Assembly (NCBI GenBank): GCA_039630575.1
Contig: JBCNUW010000031.1
Span: 1 to 12,618 of the forward strand
DNA from: Candidatus Hydrothermales bacterium
GTDB taxonomy: Bacteria; Hydrothermota; Hydrothermia; Hydrothermales; JAJRUZ01
DNA: 12,618 bases
Reading direction: 5' to 3'
In this document: one piece after another, positions 6,690-12,618 of the stretch
How the letters are laid out: each line of letters starts with the position of its first letter
Numbering within the stretch: position 1 is the first letter of the stretch
Translations under genes and position numbers: made by a program
The notes under the pieces: generated by a model
The model's input: only the letters and a program-made list of their open reading frames with translations
What the model was told of the DNA's origin: nothing
Database searches by the model: none

Positions 6690-7811
6690 ATGAATAAACG
6701 AAGTCTGTGGATTATTATTGGTGGAGTAATTATCGCAATTCTTGTGATTGTAGGCATATTGATAACACAAAAGCCAACACCGAAGGAAAAGGTTGTCAAA
6801 ATAGGTGCTGTTTTGCCGTTGACAGGTGCAGCAGCTGATATTGGTCAAAAGGCTAAACGTGGGCTTGAAATTGCTGAAAAAGAACTCAAGATAAAAGTGA
6901 TTTATGAAGACTCTGGAAGCGATCCAAAGCAAGGTTTATCAGCTTTCCGAAAGCTTATTACCACTGAGCGTGACCTTGTTGGAGTTATCTCTATGTTAAG
7001 CGGTGTAGGTAATGCAATTATACCTATTGCTGAGACAGAAAAGGTTGTGACATTGCATATTGCTTCTGCTCCTGAGATGGTAACTGGTAAAAAGTTTTCT
7101 TTCAGATGGTATATTACATCTAAAGAACAAATGAAGGCTGTAGTCAAATATCTCCATCAGCAAAATGTCTCTGAGAAATCGCGTATTGCTTTCCTTTTTA
7201 TTAATGACGAGTATGGTAGAGGTGCATTAAAGGAGTTTACAGAAAGTTTCAAGGAGCAATTTGGTGTAGAACCCAATTTAGTTAGTGAAGCTTATGAAAA
7301 GGAGCAAACAGATTTCAAAAATATACTTGTTAAGTTAAAGACCTTTAACCCAGAGATTCTTGCAATAGTTGGTTATAACAAAAGTCTTGGTATATTATTA
7401 AAGCAAATGCGTGAACAAAAAATTGAACCAAGAATTTTAACAGGTGATGATGCAATTTCCTATCCAGAAATTCTTCAAGTTGCAGGTAATGCAGCAGATG
7501 GATTTGTTTTTCCGGGTTTACCACTTGAACCAAAGGAAGGAGAACAAGTTTCACAATTTTTCCAAATTTATAAAGAACAATTTAATGAACCTGTAAGTGA
7601 TTTTGCTTTGTTTGCCTATGGAATGGCTCATATGTTTTACCACTGTGTTATTAATGGAGCAAAAACATCAGAGGAAATTGCTAATTGTCTTGAGACAAAT
7701 GTCTTCAGTACTCCGATAGGTGAAGTTAGCTTTAACCGTGAAACCCATGATGGAAATGTACCACTTCGTATGAAAGAGATCAAAGGAGGCGAGGTTATTG
7801 AGCATAAGTAA
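6690..7811 (+). CDS. LivK/LivJ-type (type I periplasmic binding fold) ABC substrate-binding protein with N-terminal membrane anchor; ligand unknown
   Basis: VKIGAVLPLTGAAADIG, VIYEDSGSDPKQG, FSFR, NDEYGRG, TDFKNIL and GEVSF motifs. N-terminal hydrophobic helix with no lipobox Cys. Confidence 0.9.
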   Translation: MNKRSLWIIIGGVIIAILVIVGILITQKPTPKEKVVKIGAVLPLTGAAADIGQKAKRGLEIAEKELKIKVIYEDSGSDPKQGLSAFRKLITTERDLVGVISMLSGVGNAIIPIAETEKVVTLHIASAPEMVTGKKFSFRWYITSKEQMKAVVKYLHQQNVSEKSRIAFLFINDEYGRGALKEFTESFKEQFGVEPNLVSEAYEKEQTDFKNILVKLKTFNPEILAIVGYNKSLGILLKQMREQKIEPRILTGDDAISYPEILQVAGNAADGFVFPGLPLEPKEGEQVSQFFQIYKEQFNEPVSDFALFAYGMAHMFYHCVINGAKTSEEIANCLETNVFSTPIGEVSFNRETHDGNVPLRMKEIKGGEVIEHK

Positions 7812-8937
7812 AGATACCGATACAAACCCCTTTTATGTGATTGCTTATAGGACACCTTTATGGAGAGTAAAGGAGCTTTCAGTATCAAATGTTAAATATG
7901 ACCATATATTATCCCCTGTTCTCCAGTTCTTAGAGAATTTCACTTCTCTGGATTTACAAGTTAGGCAAATGCTTTTTAGTAACTGCTTTTCACAAGAAAT
8001 GATAAGAAGTTATTCATTTAGAAGAATCCTCTGTAATTATCCTAATATTTCTAACAGGCTTCGGACAGCAAACATATGCTATATTGATAACTCATGTCTT
8101 TCTGCTTTCACTGGTCTTTTGCTAAGTTATTCATATACCCTTGGAGTTAAAGAGATAGATATTTATATTGGATATGAAGATTTAGGATGCGGGAGAGAGC
8201 AATTACTTAATGCAGCTAAAACTTCGCCAGAGCAATTAAAGGTAGAAGATATATGCAGAGAGATTGCTAAAAAGTATTCAATTTCTCATGATATGGCACA
8301 AAAATATATCAAGGAGCAAGTTAAAATAAAAAACAATTCTTTTGAAATTATTTTTTCCCATATTTTGGACAATTATCATAATACAAATAAAACTTCAACT
8401 GCAGTAGATACCTTAGATACAGAAAATTTAATTCAAGAAACAAACTTTAAGACTGATCTTGGACATCCGCCTTATCTTGCTCGTTTTTCAAAAGGTGCAG
8501 GAGTTATCATATGTACTTCTGACCTTGAATTAGCTAAGCAATATAATGGGCTTTGTGTTCATTCTATAGCATGCTATTCTAATATTGGTAATCCTATAGA
8601 GAATTCTCATATTCTTCAGTCAATGGAGCTTGCTCTAAGTAAAGCAAACCTCTCTTGGCATGATATCTCTGCATTTGAAATTTACGATGGGTTTTTAGTA
8701 TTAACTCTCTCAGTAATAAAAGTACTTCAAAGCAAACTTAAGTTAAAGGCTTTTGAGCGTATCAACATTTTAGGTAATGCAATAGTCCGTGGTGATCCTG
8801 TTTCAGCAGTTGGAATATTAATGTTAACAAATGCAGAAAGCGCATTTAATTCCAATATGATTCCTAATAATGCTTATATGTTGATTACTGGATACTCTAC
8901 TACTATTGCGATATCACTTGTTGTATCTAAAGTTTAG
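7798..8937 (+). CDS. Divergent thiolase-fold enzyme with a non-canonical active site
   Basis: Thiolase landmarks occur in order: YRTPL, IDNSCLSA (C100, nucleophile position), IGYEDL, AKKYSISH, GAGVIICTS, ALSKANLSWHDISAFEIYDGF, INILGNAIVRGDPVSAVG. TTG start with AGGAGG (7784-7789) 8 nt upstream. Confidence 0.78.
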   Translation: MSISKDTDTNPFYVIAYRTPLWRVKELSVSNVKYDHILSPVLQFLENFTSLDLQVRQMLFSNCFSQEMIRSYSFRRILCNYPNISNRLRTANICYIDNSCLSAFTGLLLSYSYTLGVKEIDIYIGYEDLGCGREQLLNAAKTSPEQLKVEDICREIAKKYSISHDMAQKYIKEQVKIKNNSFEIIFSHILDNYHNTNKTSTAVDTLDTENLIQETNFKTDLGHPPYLARFSKGAGVIICTSDLELAKQYNGLCVHSIACYSNIGNPIENSHILQSMELALSKANLSWHDISAFEIYDGFLVLTLSVIKVLQSKLKLKAFERINILGNAIVRGDPVSAVGILMLTNAESAFNSNMIPNNAYMLITGYSTTIAISLVVSKV

Positions 8938-8949
8938 GGAGTGTAAAGA

Positions 8950-9834
8950 ATGGAATATACCATAGCAAAGAAGAAATACCTTAAAGACTGGGATGATTGG
9001 AACAGAGTTGCAGTTAAGATTTACTACGAGTCAAAGACACAAGATGCAATTGTTGAGGTAGAAAATCTTATAAGTATCATATCCAATTTCTTTGAGTTTA
9101 AGCAAAAAATTTATGATATGCGGATTCTTGATGTAGGGGCAGGATGGGGCAGACATACATTAGAGCTTTATAAACGGGGTTTTAAGAAAATTTTAGCTAT
9201 AGATTCGTCTCCTCTAATGAAGAAACTTTTTGAGAGAGAGTTAAGTAAAGTAACAGTTGATCCAGGCATTCCAATACCAAGTTATATTCAAGACGATTTT
9301 ATGAACTTAAAGACAGATGATGAATTTGATTTAATTCTTGTGTTATGGTCTATGTTTGGCACTTGTGATAACGATGAGGAAAATTTTGCATTTTTAAAAA
9401 AGAGTGCTGAGGTTTTAAAGTGTGGTGGTAGGTTAGTGATAGAGACTATCTTATGGGATAGATTATGTAAGCTTTTTGATTGTTTTATTAATGTAAATTC
9501 AGTTTTTACCTTTGATGTACCATCTTCTCAAATTAGGCATTGGGAGAAGCGGTATTGGGATGGGCAAGAGTGGTTAATTCTTGGGGCTATGTCATTGAGT
9601 GAAAAAGAGAAAGTTTTGAGGTATTCTCTTTTTGAGTGGGTTATATCAGATTCTCAATTGGTGGTAGAGAGTAGTGGAGCGAGTGGAACGATTAGTCTGA
9701 GATATTACGAGTTAAGAGAGTTAATAGGGATGCTTTCAGATGCAGGCTTTATTATAGAGAGAGTTTACGGACCCTTACTAAACCCAGAGAATTTTTATGA
9801 TACACGTATAACTATGATTGCAAAGAAGTTGTGA
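8950..9834 (+). CDS. Class I SAM-dependent methyltransferase, small-molecule type
   Basis: Motif I ILDVGAGWGRH, LAIDSS, IQDDF, FDLILVLWSMFG, LKCGGRLVIE, and a C-terminal LRYY..RELIGMLSDAGF...VYG segment. SD AGGGAG upstream. Confidence 0.92.
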   Translation: MEYTIAKKKYLKDWDDWNRVAVKIYYESKTQDAIVEVENLISIISNFFEFKQKIYDMRILDVGAGWGRHTLELYKRGFKKILAIDSSPLMKKLFERELSKVTVDPGIPIPSYIQDDFMNLKTDDEFDLILVLWSMFGTCDNDEENFAFLKKSAEVLKCGGRLVIETILWDRLCKLFDCFINVNSVFTFDVPSSQIRHWEKRYWDGQEWLILGAMSLSEKEKVLRYSLFEWVISDSQLVVESSGASGTISLRYYELRELIGMLSDAGFIIERVYGPLLNPENFYDTRITMIAKKL

Positions 9835-9847
9835 AGTGGATTATAAT
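9818..9847 (+). promoter_or_regulatory. Putative internal promoter for the kinase-like gene
   Basis: TTGCAA (9818-9823, inside the methyltransferase 3' end), 18 nt, perfect TATAAT (9842-9847). SD AGGGAG at 9878-9883 precedes the ATG at 9891. Confidence 0.6.
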
Positions 9848-9890
9848 AAATTTTAATCTTTTGATAATTTTTTAAACAGGGAGTTTACAA

Positions 9891-12494
9891 ATGGGAATTT
9901 TTAAATTCCCTAAAGAGAGAGCTGAGCTTACCTCATTTTACAAAAAAGTATGCGAACGGAGTGATGAAGAGAAAGATCTATTTTATCTTTTGAACAATAA
10001 AATTATACCCGAACTCTTTAAAAGGTCTTCTATTGAAATTCGATCCGTTACTTTTACTTCCTATATTGGTGGTAGAAAATACTATCTTATAGATTGGCCA
10101 TTTAAGTGGTATTATCCTGTGCTTGATAAATGGTTGATTGAGAACAAGTTAGATATTCTTACTTCTTTGCATTTTAATAAAGATTTAGATGTTGGTTGGT
10201 TGTTTTTCTCATATATTTTCAAACGACATCAAGAGCGTACTAATTATCAAGTAAGTATAGAAGTGCCTTCACTAATACAAAAGCATGTTAGCCGTTCCCT
10301 TTACAAATTCCATGAGATAGCTACCTTAAACGATGAAAGATGGAAATGTTTGGCTCTTCTCTTTCATCTTATGGCTTTTGATGAGCATTTTATGAGTGAA
10401 GAACCGATTCATTTATTAATTGTTTCTCAAAAAACAAAAATAATGGAAGAACCTGGGGCAGTGACGGTTACTTTAAAACTTGCAGATCCAAATGTTATTA
10501 TTGAATCTTTAGCTGATAAGATAATTGAAACTGTGCTTCCCATTATTACTAAGCGTTTGCAGGGAGTAGTCAGTCATGTATTATTTCTTGAAAAGGCATT
10601 ACATTCTGCTGTTGCTGCTATTATGGCAAGAAATTTTTCTCATTTATGGGGATCTAATTTATTAGAAGTAGCTAAATCTGAGGTGGATGAATATATAAAT
10701 TTATTATCATTGTTATTATCAGAAAAAAATAAAATTATAAAAGAATTAGAGAATGATCTTATAAAATCCAAGGATGAATTTGAAAAATTAAAAAATGTGC
10801 TAAGTTATATTGCTGGTCGTTCTGAACTTATAGCGAATACTACAGCTTATTTACCTATAAATTGGGGAGAAGGATTTTTACAGCAAACACTGAGGAATCA
10901 TAATCTTAAAGAGGGAGTATTGCGGGATGTGGACTGGTCTAGTGCACGCAAGCTACTAGAAAAATTAGGTAGAAACCAAATTAAAGAATTTATTATTGAT
11001 GAAAAATTAGAAAATATAAGTTTTGGTTTTCCTTACGGAAGGTATGTGGGTAGACACGCACTTTATATTATATTAGAAGATTACATAAGAAATATACAAA
11101 AACATGGGTATATTAATGAATCCCCATTAAAAGTGTATCTTCAATTAGGTGAAGATAAAGAAGGGTATGTAGTAGTCAAATTAACATCAAATTCTAAAAT
11201 TGCCTCTTCATCTGAGGAATATGAAAATAAAGCAAATTTTCTTCAAAATATAATGAATCAACCTTTCATAAATCCTGATTCCTCCCCAAATGAAGTAGGA
11301 TGGGGATTTAAAGAAATGATGATATGCGCATTCCTTTTAGCAGGTTTACCTATAGAAAAGTTAGACGAAATGGACTTAAGAAATAAAGTTTTTAGTTTTC
11401 TATATGATGAAGCAAAAAAAGACGGGTTTTATTCTTTTCAATTTATATTAAGAAAGATGAAATTAATAAGAGAATTTAAGAATAAAGATGATATTTCTTC
11501 CTATATAACCTCCGAAGAAATAAAGCCTCTATTAAAATCAGTGCTTATCCATCCAGATTTATTTGACTTGTACGCTGAGAATTGGCATATTTTCCCTTTA
11601 ATGATAGGAATAAAAAAAGGAAATAAAAATATGCCTCAAAATTTAAACAAAAAAGATTATTTTAAAAAATGGCTAAAAAAACGCATAGTAGAGGTAGAAG
11701 AAATTAAATATGAAGAGGTACTTTATAAAGTAGTGGAAAAATTAGGACTTAATAAAGAGACGATTTGGATTAAGGATGCGAGAAGAGAAATAGATAAAAA
11801 AATTCCGTGTAATAATCAAGGATACAACTGGGGACTCTATCATCAAAAGAGTGACAAAGATCAAATGGAAAAAAAATGCCAAAATTATTTTGGGTTTAGT
11901 GGCTATGGCGCTATGTTAGGTATAATTCGAAAAATAATTAATAATGAACCAGGTATTGAAGAAGAATTAAAATTAATCTTAGGTAGTAAGATTCTTATAA
12001 TTGATGATAGGATTTATAAGAAAGTAAAAGAAAAAGAAGAAAGAGAAAAAAAAGAAAGAGAAGAAGAAAAAGAGGAGGAAAAAGAAAAAGAAGGGTATCT
12101 AAAAGAACTTGAAAAGATAGGAATATATGTTTTTCCCGAAAGTGGAACTGAAATAAATATTGAAAGTAATGATGACCTCAGAATCCAAAATATAAATATT
12201 TACAAAAATAAAGAGCTTTACCTTAAAAACTTTCATTTTATGAGTATCCATTTAACTTATCTAAAAAATAAATATGATACTTATAAAAAAGAGTTTCCAT
12301 TATTTAAAGTGGAAAATTTGGAAAAATGTCCCACTTACATATTTGTTCATACTGGTAGAGGCGGTGCTTCAGAAGTAATTTCAGAATATCCTTGGTTCCA
12401 AAAAGTGATTTCTTATCACAATATCTCTTCTGCTTTTAGCACTGATTATGTATTTAACACAAAAATTTTATTAATTGAATCTTTTTATTTTTAA
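9891..12494 (+). CDS. Soluble atypical histidine-kinase-like (GHKL ATPase) protein with an unassigned N-terminal region and a degenerate C-terminal receiver-like domain
   Basis: H-box-like helix AAIMARNFSHLWGS (H251) followed by a helical hairpin. N-box ILEDYIRNIQKHG (N401), F-box-like MNQPF, G2-like GWGFKEM (G470-G472), closing strand FSFQFIL-like. C-terminal KILIIDDR (700-707)...FMSIH...IFVHTGRG. No TM helix is evident. Confidence 0.7.
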   Translation: MGIFKFPKERAELTSFYKKVCERSDEEKDLFYLLNNKIIPELFKRSSIEIRSVTFTSYIGGRKYYLIDWPFKWYYPVLDKWLIENKLDILTSLHFNKDLDVGWLFFSYIFKRHQERTNYQVSIEVPSLIQKHVSRSLYKFHEIATLNDERWKCLALLFHLMAFDEHFMSEEPIHLLIVSQKTKIMEEPGAVTVTLKLADPNVIIESLADKIIETVLPIITKRLQGVVSHVLFLEKALHSAVAAIMARNFSHLWGSNLLEVAKSEVDEYINLLSLLLSEKNKIIKELENDLIKSKDEFEKLKNVLSYIAGRSELIANTTAYLPINWGEGFLQQTLRNHNLKEGVLRDVDWSSARKLLEKLGRNQIKEFIIDEKLENISFGFPYGRYVGRHALYIILEDYIRNIQKHGYINESPLKVYLQLGEDKEGYVVVKLTSNSKIASSSEEYENKANFLQNIMNQPFINPDSSPNEVGWGFKEMMICAFLLAGLPIEKLDEMDLRNKVFSFLYDEAKKDGFYSFQFILRKMKLIREFKNKDDISSYITSEEIKPLLKSVLIHPDLFDLYAENWHIFPLMIGIKKGNKNMPQNLNKKDYFKKWLKKRIVEVEEIKYEEVLYKVVEKLGLNKETIWIKDARREIDKKIPCNNQGYNWGLYHQKSDKDQMEKKCQNYFGFSGYGAMLGIIRKIINNEPGIEEELKLILGSKILIIDDRIYKKVKEKEEREKKEREEEKEEEKEKEGYLKELEKIGIYVFPESGTEINIESNDDLRIQNINIYKNKELYLKNFHFMSIHLTYLKNKYDTYKKEFPLFKVENLEKCPTYIFVHTGRGGASEVISEYPWFQKVISYHNISSAFSTDYVFNTKILLIESFYF
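12026..12095 (+). repeat. 70-nt purine-only low-complexity tract encoding a Glu/Lys/Arg run
   Basis: Only A and G from 12026 to 12095, including A8 at 12046-12053. Encodes KEKEEREKKEREEEKEEEKEKEG. Confidence 0.9.
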
Positions 12495-12508
12495 GTGGAG
12501 GAAAGATT

Positions 12509-12618
12509 ATGATTTATTTATATTTTACTCCTCGAGAAAGAAAAAATTGTAAAGGTATTCAAACTCAAATAAATAATAAAAATATATGTATATCTTATCA
12601 ACAAAAAAATGACGATAT
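12509..12618 (+). CDS. 5' part of the next gene in the operon, truncated by the window edge
   Basis: GGAGG at 12497-12501, ATG at 12509, open to the window end: MIYLYFTPRERKNCKGIQTQINNKNICISYQQKNDD. It starts 14 nt after the kinase stop. Confidence 0.75.
   Translation, partial: MIYLYFTPRERKNCKGIQTQINNKNICISYQQKNDD

Noticed and set aside
6611..7888. Minus-strand ORFs 6611-6799, 6687-6932, 6902-7147, 7345-7554 and 7637-7888
   Set aside because: All overlap the well-supported binding-protein or thiolase-like genes on the opposite strand and show no motifs.
7798..8937. Annotation as ordinary acetyl-CoA acetyltransferase (atoB/fadA) for branched-chain amino acid catabolism
   Set aside because: The GHP His and the CxG Cys are missing and the NEAF motif is altered; no other acyl-CoA catabolic genes are present in the window.
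1..12618. CRISPR arrays, tRNA/rRNA genes, transposases or integrases
   Set aside because: No regularly spaced repeats, no GC-rich structured RNA segments and no mobile-element motifs were seen.

Overview
AT-rich bacterial window. The left part holds a T9SS-sorting-domain-like gene tail, an apparently leaderless OB-fold lipoprotein gene, and two overlapping ORFs (993-1427, 1403-2371). These two read as one ~459-aa HExxH (gluzincin-like) metallopeptidase gene split by a -1 frameshift at an A5 run. The rest is a divergent two-operon locus. The minus strand encodes a degenerate receiver-like protein, a stand-alone canonical receiver protein and livH-livM-livG-livF, all four transporter genes and the canonical receiver being tightly coupled. 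The plus strand encodes a membrane-anchored LivK-type binding protein, a thiolase-fold enzyme with a remodelled active site, a class I SAM methyltransferase, an 867-aa soluble atypical histidine-kinase-like protein with a C-terminal pseudo-receiver, and a further ORF cut by the window edge. The best candidate for an undescribed system is this combination of small-molecule enzymes, ABC importer, cytoplasmic kinase and multiple receivers, possibly a make/import/sense chemical signalling module. That reading is inference from gene context and motifs only; no database searches were run.
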